Assembly: GCA_965203515.1 (NCBI GenBank)
Contig: OZ241907.1
Span: forward strand, 1,280,001 to 1,344,000
Direction: 5' to 3'
Source of the DNA: Spirochaetia bacterium
GTDB lineage: Bacteria; Spirochaetota; Spirochaetia; SZUA-6; Bin103
Length of the DNA: 64,000 bases
Shown: in pieces, positions 29,613 through 38,625 of the stretch
How the letters are laid out: every line of letters begins with the position of its first letter
How positions within the stretch are numbered: the first letter of the stretch is position 1
Made by a program: the position numbers and the translations under genes
The notes under the pieces: model-generated
What the model was told of the DNA's origin: nothing
Database searches by the model: none
Seen by the model: the letters and a program-made list of their open reading frames with translations, nothing else

Positions 29613-31096
29613 CCGCCGGGCGGGGCGCGCCGGCACGGCCCAACATCCTGTTCCTGATCGCGCACGACATCTCGCCGCGCTTCGGCTGCTACGGCGACCC
29701 GCGCGCCGTGACCCCGCACCTCGACGCGCTCGCCGCCGGCGGCGCCCTGTTCGAGAACGCCTTCTGCCAGTTCCCCTTGTGCGCGCCGGCGCGCACCTGC
29801 CTCATGACCGGCTGCCGGCCGGACACCGTGCAGCGCTACGACATCGGCGGTCCGGACTTCTACGCCGGCCTGCGCCGCCGGTTGCCCTGGATCCGCACGC
29901 TCCCGGAGCTGCTGCGCGCCGCCGGCTATCGCACGCGGAGCCTGCACAAGGTGCTGCACGAGTACGAGGCCGATCCGCCGAGCTGGAGCGAGCCGCCCTG
30001 GTACGCGGCCGCCGGCGAGGCGCCCGCCTGGTGCCCGGACGACTTCGACTGCCGCGAACGGGCGCGGCGCTACCGCTCGGCCGCCAACCGCAGCCTGATG
30101 GAGGAGCGCTTCCGCATCCTGCAGGCCGCCGAACCGGACGCCGCAACCCAGTTCAAGCGCTGGCGCGGCGGCCCGGTCGAGCGCGCGCCGGTGGCCGACG
30201 ACGCCTACGACCCGGGCGCGACCGCCGCCGAAGCGGTTCGCGCGCTCCGCGCCCACGCCGCCCAACGCAAGGCCGCGCCGCTGTTCCTGGGCGTGGGGTT
30301 CTGCAACACCCACCTGCCGTGGCTGGCGCCGGACCGCTACTGGCGGCTGCACGACGCCACCGACTTCGGCGCCGAAGCGGGATACGACACGCCGCGCCCG
30401 GCGCCGCTGACGGCCGCGCTGGCGGTGGCCGGCAACGAGCCGTTTCAGTACTACGCGCAGACCGACCATCTGCCCGGCGCGCGGGCGGCCTGGCAGCCCA
30501 CCGCCCGGCAGGCCGACGAGCTGCGCCGCGGCCACTACGCCGCCGTCAGCTACCTCGACGCGCAGATCGGCCGCATCCTGGCCGCCCTCGACGAGACCGG
30601 GCTGGCGTCGAACACGGCGGTGGCGTTCACCACCGACCACGGATTCTCCCTCGGCGAGCACCGCCACTGGGGCAAGGGGATGCCCTGGGAACCGGACCTG
30701 CGCGTGCCGCTGCTGCTGCGCGCGCCGCGCGGCCGGCCCGGCCGGCGGGTGGCGGCGCTGGCCGAGCACGTCGACCTGCTGCCGACCCTGCTGCAGCTCG
30801 CCGGCGTCCGCCCGCCTCCGTGGGCCGAGGGACGCAGCCTGACGCCGCTGCTGGACGACGCTGAGGCGCCGGCCAAGCCGGCGGTGTTCGCGCAGGCGGC
30901 CCGCAACGGGTTGACGGCCCGCACCGCGCGCACCACCGACCACCGCTACACCCGCTGGATCGACGCGATCGGCCGCGTGCAGGCGGAGGAGCTCTACGAT
31001 CACCGCGCCGATCCCGCGGAAACCGCCAACCTCGCGCCGCGCGCCAACCTCGCGCCGCGCGACGAGGGCCGCTCTCCTGCCGGGAGATGGCGGTGA
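29609..31096 (+). CDS. Sulfatase (iduronate-2-sulfatase-like)
   Basis: PNILFLIAHD, CAPARTCLMTG (CxPxR), TTDHG, ELYD..ADP.E..NLA; 18-bp duplication at 31025-31060 near end. Confidence 0.88.
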   Translation: MTAGRGAPARPNILFLIAHDISPRFGCYGDPRAVTPHLDALAAGGALFENAFCQFPLCAPARTCLMTGCRPDTVQRYDIGGPDFYAGLRRRLPWIRTLPELLRAAGYRTRSLHKVLHEYEADPPSWSEPPWYAAAGEAPAWCPDDFDCRERARRYRSAANRSLMEERFRILQAAEPDAATQFKRWRGGPVERAPVADDAYDPGATAAEAVRALRAHAAQRKAAPLFLGVGFCNTHLPWLAPDRYWRLHDATDFGAEAGYDTPRPAPLTAALAVAGNEPFQYYAQTDHLPGARAAWQPTARQADELRRGHYAAVSYLDAQIGRILAALDETGLASNTAVAFTTDHGFSLGEHRHWGKGMPWEPDLRVPLLLRAPRGRPGRRVAALAEHVDLLPTLLQLAGVRPPPWAEGRSLTPLLDDAEAPAKPAVFAQAARNGLTARTARTTDHRYTRWIDAIGRVQAEELYDHRADPAETANLAPRANLAPRDEGRSPAGRWR

Positions 31097-32400
31097 ACAC
31101 GATACGGTGGAGCCGTAGCGTTCCGGTGCGCTATCAGGCGGACGTCGCGGTCATCGGCGGCGGCATCGCCGGCGTGAGCGCTGCCGCCGCGGCCGCCCGC
31201 AGCGGCGCCTCGGTGGTGCTGGTGGAGCGCTTCGGCGTGACCGGCGGCAACATGACGGTCGGCGGAGTCGCCAACTTCTGCGGGGAGACCGCCGGTCAGG
31301 GCGAGGTGTTCGACGAGGTCCTGCGCCACCTGGAGCGTTTCGACGCCATCGTGCCCTATCGACCGTTCTCCTACGGGGGCTGCCAGTCACGAGTGCTGGA
31401 TCACGAAATCCTGGCGGTGATCCTGCAGGAAGTGCTGCTGGCGCGCGGGGTCAAGCTGCTGCTCCACACCCGTTTCGTCGACGTGATCGAGCGCGGCGGC
31501 CGGCTGGCCGAGGCGATCGTCGCCGGACCCTCGGGACCGGAGGCGCTGCGCGCCGACCACTTCGTCGACTGCACCGGCGATGGTCTGGTCGCCAAGGGAG
31601 CCGGCTACGCCGTCGAGAAGGGACGCGCCGAGGACGGTCTGCAGCTTCCGATGAGCCTGATGTTCTTCGTGCGGGAGATGGGCGAGCCGGTCGCCGACCA
31701 GCTCCCGGACGGCTGGTTCGCGCCGATCCGCGCGCGCCGGGACCTGCCGATGACCAGCCCCAACTGGCCCAACGGCCCGCGCGGCAGGGCGATCAAGATC
31801 AAGGTGCCGATGTTCGACTCGACCGATACCGAGAGCATGACCGCGGCGGAGATCGCGGCGCGCCGCCGGATGCTGGAGGTGCTCTCCTATTTCCAGGCGG
31901 TGGAGCGCAAGGACTGGCGCTTCGATCACTGCTCCCCGATCATCGGCATCCGCGAGGGGTACCGGATCGTCGGCCGCTACCTGCTCCGCGTCGACGATCT
32001 GCGCGCCGGGCGCGAGTTCGACGACGCCGTGGCGCGCGGCGTGTTCTATCTCGACGGCCACAAGCCGGACGACGACAAGCGCACCTACATCCTGCCCAAG
32101 GAGGAACTCTACGTGCCTCCCTACCAGATCCCCTTCCGCTGTCTGGTGGCGCGCGACGGCCGCAACCTGCTGATGGCCGGCCGCTGCATGTCGGCGGATC
32201 AGCTTGCGCTGTCCTCCGCGCGCGTCACCACGACCTGCGCCATGATGGGTCAGGCGGCCGGCATCGGCGCCGCCCTGGCCGCGGCGCGCGGCGCCGACGC
32301 CGCCGCCCTCGACCCGCTCGACGTGCGGCGCGAGGTGGAGCGCCGGGGCGCCCACCTGGCGGTCGACGAACCTCCGCCGGCGCCGGCGCGCACGCGCTGA
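31087..32400 (+). CDS. FAD-dependent oxidoreductase (FAD_oxidored family)
   Basis: DVAVIGGGIAG, DCTGDG, GIREGYRI, YQIPFRCL, AGRCMSAD. Confidence 0.88.
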   Translation: MAVNTIRWSRSVPVRYQADVAVIGGGIAGVSAAAAAARSGASVVLVERFGVTGGNMTVGGVANFCGETAGQGEVFDEVLRHLERFDAIVPYRPFSYGGCQSRVLDHEILAVILQEVLLARGVKLLLHTRFVDVIERGGRLAEAIVAGPSGPEALRADHFVDCTGDGLVAKGAGYAVEKGRAEDGLQLPMSLMFFVREMGEPVADQLPDGWFAPIRARRDLPMTSPNWPNGPRGRAIKIKVPMFDSTDTESMTAAEIAARRRMLEVLSYFQAVERKDWRFDHCSPIIGIREGYRIVGRYLLRVDDLRAGREFDDAVARGVFYLDGHKPDDDKRTYILPKEELYVPPYQIPFRCLVARDGRNLLMAGRCMSADQLALSSARVTTTCAMMGQAAGIGAALAAARGADAAALDPLDVRREVERRGAHLAVDEPPPAPARTR

Positions 32401-32455
32401 CCTTCCCCGCGGTACGCAAAACGACGGCTTGACGCGGTTCTCCTCCTGAAATACC

Positions 32456-32464
32456 TGTTATACT
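32456..32464 (+). promoter_or_regulatory. Extended -10 element upstream of Rpn copy 2
   Basis: TGTTATACT in a locally AT-rich patch. Confidence 0.45.
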
Positions 32465-32575
32465 TGGAATTAGGAGCCAACGCTGGATGGCAGGCAGCCT
32501 CTGGTGCAGCTAGCCGCGCACCTTCGCGCCGCGCGCCGAAAAGCGCCGCCGACACCGCGTCGATGTCAATGCGTG

Positions 32576-33559
32576 ATGGCACCGTCCCTGCATCAGCCCC
32601 ACGATCACCTGTTCCGCTTGGTGTTCGCCGACTCCGAGGAGACCGCCGCCTTCCTCCGTGCCCGCCTGCCCGACTCCCTCCGGCGCCGCTTCCTCTGGTC
32701 CTCCCTGCGCCGCGCCCCAGGCTCCTTCGTCGACCAGCAACTGCGCGGCTCCGTCTCCGACCTGCTGTTCGAGGTCCGCACCGCCGCCGCGCGGCCGCAG
32801 TGGCTCTACCTGCTGTTCGAACATCAGTCCCGCCCCGACCGCTGGATGGCGCTGCGCATGCTGCGCTACTGCTGCCGCATCTGGGAGGCCGACCGCCGCA
32901 CCCACCCCGACGAGCGGTTCCTGCGTCCGGTGCTGCCTTTGGTGTTCTACCAGGGCAAACGCCGCTGGCGCTACGCCAGCGAACTTGCGGAGTCCTTCCC
33001 GCCGGCGCTGCGCGGCCAGCCCTGGGTGCCGCGCTTCTGTCCCCTGCTGCTCGATCAGACCCAGGTGGCGCCGGCGGCCGTGGCCGGGGCGCTGCGCGGG
33101 CGGCTGCTCCAACTGGCGATGATGCACACCTTCGAGCAGGCGCCGAGGGAGGCGCGGGAGCGGATCGCGCCGCTGCTGGAGGAGTTGCAGCGGGAGCCGG
33201 CGCGCGGCGGGGTGGATTACTACCGGGCGTTCATGGAGTACATTGTGAAAGCTGGGCCGGCGGACACGCTGCAAGCGCTGGATGAGCTGATGCTGCGCCG
33301 GGCGCCGGAACTGAGAGGTGATCTGATGACCTGTGGCGAGATGCTGCGCCGGGAAGGTGAGTTGAAGGGCCGGCATGAAGGCCGGCAGGAGGGTGAATTG
33401 AGTGGCCGCCGAAAGGGCCTGATGGAGGCCATCGACGGGTTCCTGCGGGCCGGGGTCGAGTGGCCGGTGATCCAATCCGCCACCGGCATCGACCAGCACA
33501 GCTACCGCACCCTCAAACGCGACGCCTCCCACGGGACGGAGCCAGCCGCGCCGCGCTAA
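32576..33559 (+). CDS. Rpn/YhgA-family PD-(D/E)XK nuclease, copy 2
   Basis: QPHDHLFRLVF, GSFVDQQLR...SDLLF, LFEHQS, PVLPLVFYQG; EG-repeat tail. Confidence 0.9.
   Translation: MAPSLHQPHDHLFRLVFADSEETAAFLRARLPDSLRRRFLWSSLRRAPGSFVDQQLRGSVSDLLFEVRTAAARPQWLYLLFEHQSRPDRWMALRMLRYCCRIWEADRRTHPDERFLRPVLPLVFYQGKRRWRYASELAESFPPALRGQPWVPRFCPLLLDQTQVAPAAVAGALRGRLLQLAMMHTFEQAPREARERIAPLLEELQREPARGGVDYYRAFMEYIVKAGPADTLQALDELMLRRAPELRGDLMTCGEMLRREGELKGRHEGRQEGELSGRRKGLMEAIDGFLRAGVEWPVIQSATGIDQHSYRTLKRDASHGTEPAAPR
33326..33559 (+). CDS. Putative intragenic small Rpn protein (RpnS-like, 77 aa) within Rpn copy 2
   Basis: GAGAGGTGAtctgATG in frame, giving MTCGEMLRREG. Confidence 0.55.
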   Translation: MTCGEMLRREGELKGRHEGRQEGELSGRRKGLMEAIDGFLRAGVEWPVIQSATGIDQHSYRTLKRDASHGTEPAAPR

Positions 33560-33831
33560 CTCCTCGTGGCATGGGGAGAAAGCGCGGGCGAATACGCCGA
33601 CGTGCCCGACTCCTGCAAGAGCGCCGCCTGTATGCCGATCGCGTCCCGGCCCCAACAAACGCCGATCCGACGCGAACAGCCCGCCCGCGTTACGCCAGTT
33701 TCCAGGTGGTCGTGTTCTGTATGATGGCGATGAGCGCTCGCATCTCCGGCGTGGTCGGCGGCTCTGACGCATACCGCGAAGTGGATGTCGCCGTCGGTGT
33801 TGAAGATGATGCGCGGCGGGCGGCGCGTCAC
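33556..33831 (-). pseudogene. Possible N-terminal remnant of a GH-like TIM-barrel gene
   Basis: Begins PRIIFNTDGD 14 nt after the sulfatase stop, then loses protein-like character. Confidence 0.3.
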
Positions 33832-33845
33832 GGCGCGTGCCGAAG

Positions 33846-35448
33846 CTACTCACGCCGCGTTCGCGTCCGCCGCACCGCTGCAACGCGCTGCTCGGCGGTT
33901 TCGTCCGGGCATGGCCAGTCGGTGAACGGAGCGGCGTCGAACCGGCATGGCCCCGATTCGATGCGCGGGTCGCCCTGCTCGCGCATGACCGCCTCCAGCC
34001 GTTCGGCCAGCGTCCGTCTCTGCGCGGCGAACGCCGGATCGCCGGCCAGGTTCTTCAGGTGATGCGGATCATTGCGCACGTCGTAGAGCTCTTCCGCCGG
34101 CCGCTTGCCGAAGCCGAGCGCAAAGAGGTCGCGGACGCCGGCGGCCGCGCGGTTCTCGACCATCCACGCCTTGGTGGGACTTGCGTCGAGGTCCGCGTAG
34201 GCCACGCGAGTGTCGTGCTCCCAGCGCTGCGCGCGGCGTCGGCTCCGCGGCAGGATCGTCCATGCCGCGGGGATCGCCCATCGGCCAACGGTCCGGGGCG
34301 AAGTTCCGGATGTAGAGGAAGTCCGGCGTGCGGACGGCGCGATGCGGATAGGGCAGATTCCGGTCCCGCGCGGTCGCCACGTGCCGCTCCCGGCCGGTGA
34401 TCACGAACGTGCGTTCCGGGCAGACCTGCCCGGAGCGGTCGGAGCCGAGGACGTCCATCAGGCTGCGAGCCGGCATGGCCGCCGGCCGCTCCACGCCCGC
34501 CGCCTCCAGGAAGGTCGGCGCGAGGTCCATGAGGTTCACCATGTCGTCCGCCACCCGGCCGGCCCGGATCGTCCCCGGCAGCCGCGCGGCGAGCGCCACT
34601 TCGCAGCCGATGTCGTAGAGGTTGCACTTCGCCCGCGGGACACCCGGGATGCCGTGGTCGCCGCTGACCACCACCAGCGTGTCGTCGAGCTCGCCCATCT
34701 CCTCCAGCATGCCGATCAGCGCGCCGAGTCCGGCGTCGACCGCCATGCACTCGCCGAGGTAGTCGCCGACATCCTCGCGCACTTCGGGAACGTCGGGCAG
34801 GAACGCCGGAAGCCGGCCGGCCAGAGCGTCGGGGTCGATGCCCCACAGCGCCTTGCCGGACCCCTTCAGCCACTCGCGGTGGGTATTGGTGGGACCCCAC
34901 CAGTAGCAGAACGGCTGCTCGGGATTCCGGTCTGCCAGAAAGCTCCGGAAGTTGCCCCGCACCTCGTCGCACAGCCACCGCTTGGCGTGCTCGACGCCGC
35001 CGGCCTCCCCGGCCCATTCGGCAGCCCGGAACGAAAACCGGTTGAAGTCGTCGCCGCAGTCCTGATAACGGGTCTCCGCGCCGCCGTACGGATCGTCCTG
35101 CGGCGTTCCCGGCGACCAGACCTTGTAGGAGAACCCGATGTGGTACCCCGCGTCCCGAAGCAGGAAGGGATACGACGGTATGGCGCGATCCCACACCGCG
35201 CCCAGGAGAATGGCGCCCAGCCCGGTCTGCCAGAAGTAGCGCCCGGAAAGGATCGAGCTCCGACACGGAGTGCAGCTCGGCGCCGGCACCAGCGCGTTGG
35301 TGAAGAGCACCCCTTCGTCGGCGACTCGGTCGAAGTGCGGGGTATCGATCAGCGCGCAGAGCGAGCGCTCGCCCTGGTGCGCAGCGTACGCGCTCGCGTA
35401 GCGGCCCCAGTCGTCGGCGAAGGCGAAGAGGATGTTCGGTCGCTTCAT
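33846..35448 (-). pseudogene. Sulfatase split by a +1 frameshift at ~34220-34222 (real or sequencing error)
   Basis: [31 protein letters not shown]; removing one G from CTGGGAG joins ...RAAL to [12 protein letters not shown]...RPAEELYD. Confidence 0.8.
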
Positions 35449-35523
35449 GCCGGGCTCAGGATGGCCTGAAACGGCGAGCGTCCGCTACGCGCTCGCCGCC
35501 GCATGCGTGTAGACTCGACTCGC

Positions 35524-35727
35524 ATGGCCCCGCTGACCGCGGCTGAACGGAACGAGCTCCTCGATCTCTCCCGGTCGGCAGCGCTGCGGGAAGATCTCCG
35601 TTCCATCGCGCACGAACGGGTCGTCGACTTCGACGCCTACATCGCCTTCGCCACGAGCGTCGCCCGACTGTCCAACCACGCCCGCCGGCCCTTTCGCCCG
35701 ATTCGCGGCAGCAACTTCAAGCTGTAG
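35524..35727 (+). CDS. Small hypothetical protein (67 aa)
   Basis: Protein-like helical sequence; TAGACT 8 nt before ATG. Confidence 0.55.
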   Translation: MAPLTAAERNELLDLSRSAALREDLRSIAHERVVDFDAYIAFATSVARLSNHARRPFRPIRGSNFKL

Positions 35728-35735
35728 GGTTGACG

Positions 35736-35875
35736 ATGGCAAGCGTCGGACCGATCCATCCCGTGAGCACTTGGCGGAAATCCTCGACGAATTGGGCGTG
35801 AGCGAATACCACTTGGCGAAAGCGATCGGTACGCCGCCGAGCCGCATCGAAGAAATCGTACACGGCCGCGCCAAC
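35736..35875 (+). pseudogene. higA: HigA-family antitoxin (HTH) remnant, frameshifted and truncated
   Basis: Restoring one G at ~35763 gives [41 protein letters not shown]-terminal half absent. Confidence 0.75.
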
Positions 35876-35891
35876 CAAGTAGCCGCCACGC

Positions 35892-35920
35892 TCGACATCG
35901 TGTGTCCGAGACGGTATACT
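35892..35920 (+). promoter_or_regulatory. Near-consensus sigma70 promoter for the repeat surface protein
   Basis: TCGACA-17 nt-TATACT, 9 nt before ATG 35930, no SD. Confidence 0.7.
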
Positions 35921-35929
35921 TACGCGGTC

Positions 35930-38077
35930 ATGCTGAAACTTGGTTTGAGGAATGCGGCAGCCGTAGCGGCGATGCTACTAGCCGGTTTGGTTGTGGCGCA
36001 CGCGCAGGACGAGTACGACTTCGGGGCCGGCCCGGTGCCAGCTCATCGGCACCCCAACGGCGGAGGCTGGGTAGCGAACACCGCCACGGTTGCCGAGACG
36101 GCATGGATTGTCGGTGATGCCCAGGTTTTCGGTGATGCGTTTGTTGTCGGTAATGCGCAGGTTGGCGGTAATGCCCAGGTTTTCGATGATGCGATGGTTT
36201 ACGGCAATGCGCTGGTTTTCGGTAATGCCCATGTCACCGGTAATGCGCAAGTTTTCGATGATGCGCTGGTTTTCGATGATGCGCAGATTGCCGGTGATGC
36301 GCAAGCTTTTGGTAATGCGCAGGTTTTTGGTGATGCGTTTGTTGCCGGTGATGCGACGATTTACGGTGATGCTCTGGTTTTCAGCGATGCACTGGTTTTC
36401 GGTAATGCCCATGTCACCGGTAATGCGCAGGTTGCCGGTAATGCGCAGGTTGCCGGTGATGCGTCGGTTATCAATGCGCAGGTTGGCGGTAATGCCCATG
36501 TTACCAGTGATGCGAAGGTTTACGGTAATGCGCAGGTTTACGGTAATGCACATGTTAACGGTAACGCGAAGGTTGGCGGTAATGCGAAGGTTGGCGGTGA
36601 TGCACAGGTCTTCGGTGATGCGCAGGTCTTCGGCGATGCGCAGGTTTACGGCAATGCATATGTTAACGGTAACGCGAAGGTTGGCGGTTATGCGTTTGTT
36701 GCCGGTGATGCGCAGGTTTACGATGATGCGTCGGTTATCAATGCACAGGTTGGCGGTTATGCGCAGGTTTACGGTAATGCGCAGGTTGCCGGTGATGCGC
36801 AGGTTTACGGTAATGCGCAGGTTGCTGGTGATGCGACGGTTTACGGTGATGCGCAGGTCTACGGTAATGCGCAGGTTACCGGTAATGCGAAAGTTTACGG
36901 TGATGCGCAGGTTGCCGGTGATGCGAAAGTTTACGGTGATGCGCAGGTTTACGATGAACGAGTAGTGCGCGGGATACGCGGCGCCCAGGACAGCGTGAAG
37001 AGCTGGCCGATCAGCGCGGCTCACTTTGGCGATGAAACGGACCTGCGGAGCCAAACCACCAACCGTTCCGCGCCGTACGCCTGGGACCGGATCACCGCCG
37101 ACAAGGTGCGCGTCTCGATTGACGGGTATGAGCTGCCATTCTCGAGCATCCGGAACGAGCCGGTCTTCGCGTCCGATATCTCTGGCGCGGAGTGGACGGT
37201 TGACGCGGAGGTCCGGGCGGGAGCGGTGGTGCTGGTGCTCATGGCTCCGGATCAGTCGGACGAGGGGGCAAGCTCCGTAGAGGGGGTCACGTTTACGAAC
37301 CTGGGGAGCGGCTACGCGACCGCCCCGGCCGTGACCTTTTCCGTAGCGCCGTCCGGCGGTACCACCGCGACCGGCACCACGGTGCTGTCCGGCGACGTAG
37401 GTTGGGTGATGATCACGAATCCAGGGAGCGGCTATACGTCGGCCCCCACCGTTACCCTTTCGGCAGCGCCACCCGGCGGCGTCACGGCAACCGCCACCGC
37501 GTTCCTGCAAAGCGGCGTCGCTTCAGTGACGGTAACTACCGCCGGGAGCGGCTACATGACGGCCCCCACCGTTACCTTTTCGAACCCGGCCTTTGGTGCC
37601 GACGTCGCGACCGGCACCGCGGCGCTCACCTCTGGAGGCGGCGTCGCTTCAGTGACGATCACGAACGCGGGGAGCGGCTACACATCAGCCCCGACCGTCA
37701 CCTTTACAGGCGGCGGCAGCGGTGCAGCCGCCACCGCGGTGCTGCCGACTGGCGTCGGTGGTGTGGTAGTGACGAACGCGGGGAACGGCTACACGTTGCC
37801 CCCGACCGTCACCTTTTCGGCAGCGCCGTCCGGCGGTACCACCGCGACCGGCACCGCAGTGCTGTCCGGCGACGTAGGTTGGGTGATGATCACGAATCCA
37901 GGGAGCGGCTATACGTCGGCCCCCACCGTTACCTTTTCGGCAGCGCCACCCGGCGGCGTCACGGCAACCGCCACCGCGGTGATGACGGAGCTTGGCAACG
38001 ATCAATACCGGAACCTGTATTGGGCGCGCCAAACGCTGGACGGCAGACAGCTGCAGGTGCAGATAATGGACGAGTGA
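35930..38077 (+). CDS. Exported protein: signal peptide + hexapeptide-repeat beta-helix + conserved domain split by 6 GSGY repeats
   Basis: Signal ends [19 protein letters not shown] cap; ~47 V-x-G-N/D-A-x repeats; C-terminal half homologous to 20883-22367. Confidence 0.85.
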   Translation: MLKLGLRNAAAVAAMLLAGLVVAHAQDEYDFGAGPVPAHRHPNGGGWVANTATVAETAWIVGDAQVFGDAFVVGNAQVGGNAQVFDDAMVYGNALVFGNAHVTGNAQVFDDALVFDDAQIAGDAQAFGNAQVFGDAFVAGDATIYGDALVFSDALVFGNAHVTGNAQVAGNAQVAGDASVINAQVGGNAHVTSDAKVYGNAQVYGNAHVNGNAKVGGNAKVGGDAQVFGDAQVFGDAQVYGNAYVNGNAKVGGYAFVAGDAQVYDDASVINAQVGGYAQVYGNAQVAGDAQVYGNAQVAGDATVYGDAQVYGNAQVTGNAKVYGDAQVAGDAKVYGDAQVYDERVVRGIRGAQDSVKSWPISAAHFGDETDLRSQTTNRSAPYAWDRITADKVRVSIDGYELPFSSIRNEPVFASDISGAEWTVDAEVRAGAVVLVLMAPDQSDEGASSVEGVTFTNLGSGYATAPAVTFSVAPSGGTTATGTTVLSGDVGWVMITNPGSGYTSAPTVTLSAAPPGGVTATATAFLQSGVASVTVTTAGSGYMTAPTVTFSNPAFGADVATGTAALTSGGGVASVTITNAGSGYTSAPTVTFTGGGSGAAATAVLPTGVGGVVVTNAGNGYTLPPTVTFSAAPSGGTTATGTAVLSGDVGWVMITNPGSGYTSAPTVTFSAAPPGGVTATATAVMTELGNDQYRNLYWARQTLDGRQLQVQIMDE
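36107..36946 (+). repeat. 18-bp coding tandem array (~47 units, consensus GTTTACGGTAATGCGCAG), lower GC than surroundings
   Basis: 45 hexapeptide + 2 pentapeptide (VINAQ) units counted from translation. Confidence 0.95.
37345..37978 (+). repeat. 157-bp near-identical direct repeat (37345-37501 and 37822-37978)
   Basis: About 3 mismatches by eye; offset 477 nt keeps frame. Confidence 0.9.
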
Positions 38078-38159
38078 TGCCGGCGTAGTACCGGCCGGCC
38101 ACGCGCCTGCGTGCACGGCAGCACGGCGATACTGGCAGCCGCCGCGAGCACCAAAGCCT

Positions 38160-38253
38160 ACCTTTGCGACGCGCCAAATGCCGGTACCGACCGCGCGACC
38201 GGCATCGCGGTGCTCACCTCCGGGGTAGCATCGCGTCAGTGACGATCACGAAC
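38160..38253 (+). pseudogene. Orphan degenerate copy of the central repeat junction of the upstream gene
   Basis: Aligns with 37574-37666 (GTDRATGIAVLTSG-SIASVTITN vs [24 protein letters not shown]); contains indels. Confidence 0.7.
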
Positions 38254-38295
38254 GACCAGCTTCTGCCGAGACTTTCTCAGGGGTACCGTTGCGGA

Positions 38296-38625
38296 TCAAT
38301 TGACCGGCAACGGGATGGCCATCTCCCAGTCGTCTCCGGGGAAGAGGATGTCGATGGCGATGCCGGTGGCCCGGTCGCGCGCGCCGTCCCCTTCGACGGC
38401 GATCGACGCATCGGCCGGCGCCGCCGCCCACCCCTGCCGATCGACCAGGACGTCGACGTCGTGGGTGGTCCGCACCCAGCCGGCGCGCACCACGGCCAGC
38501 CCGCCCACCACGCAGTACGCCACCCCATGGCCGTCCAGCCACGCGTGCAGACGGCGCACGATGCGCATCAGCGGCGAGTCGGCGCCGCTGTCGCCGTTGA
38601 TCCGCAACACCTCCTCGGCCGTCAC
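38296..38625 (-). pseudogene. Pol-beta-type nucleotidyltransferase, probably C-terminally truncated (109 aa)
   Basis: YCVVGGLAV...RTTHDVDVLV...IDIL motif; GTG overlaps upstream TGA; ends abruptly at junction. Confidence 0.6.

Noticed and set aside
35771..35929. HTH domain fused to the surface protein as in the ORF track
   Set aside because: A promoter, ATG and signal peptide at 35892-35930 define a separate gene; the upstream part is a HigA remnant
36107..36946. Diversity-generating retroelement: variable codons in the array are mostly NNC/NAT, resembling adenine mutagenesis
   Set aside because: No reverse transcriptase or template/variable repeat pair in the window; tandem-repeat drift explains it
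35978..37510. Long antisense and alternate-frame ORFs over the hexapeptide array
   Set aside because: By-product of a stop-free 18-bp repeat
37345..37978. 157-bp repeat pair as DGR TR/VR
   Set aside because: Both copies are in-frame coding, with few mismatches that are not adenine-specific
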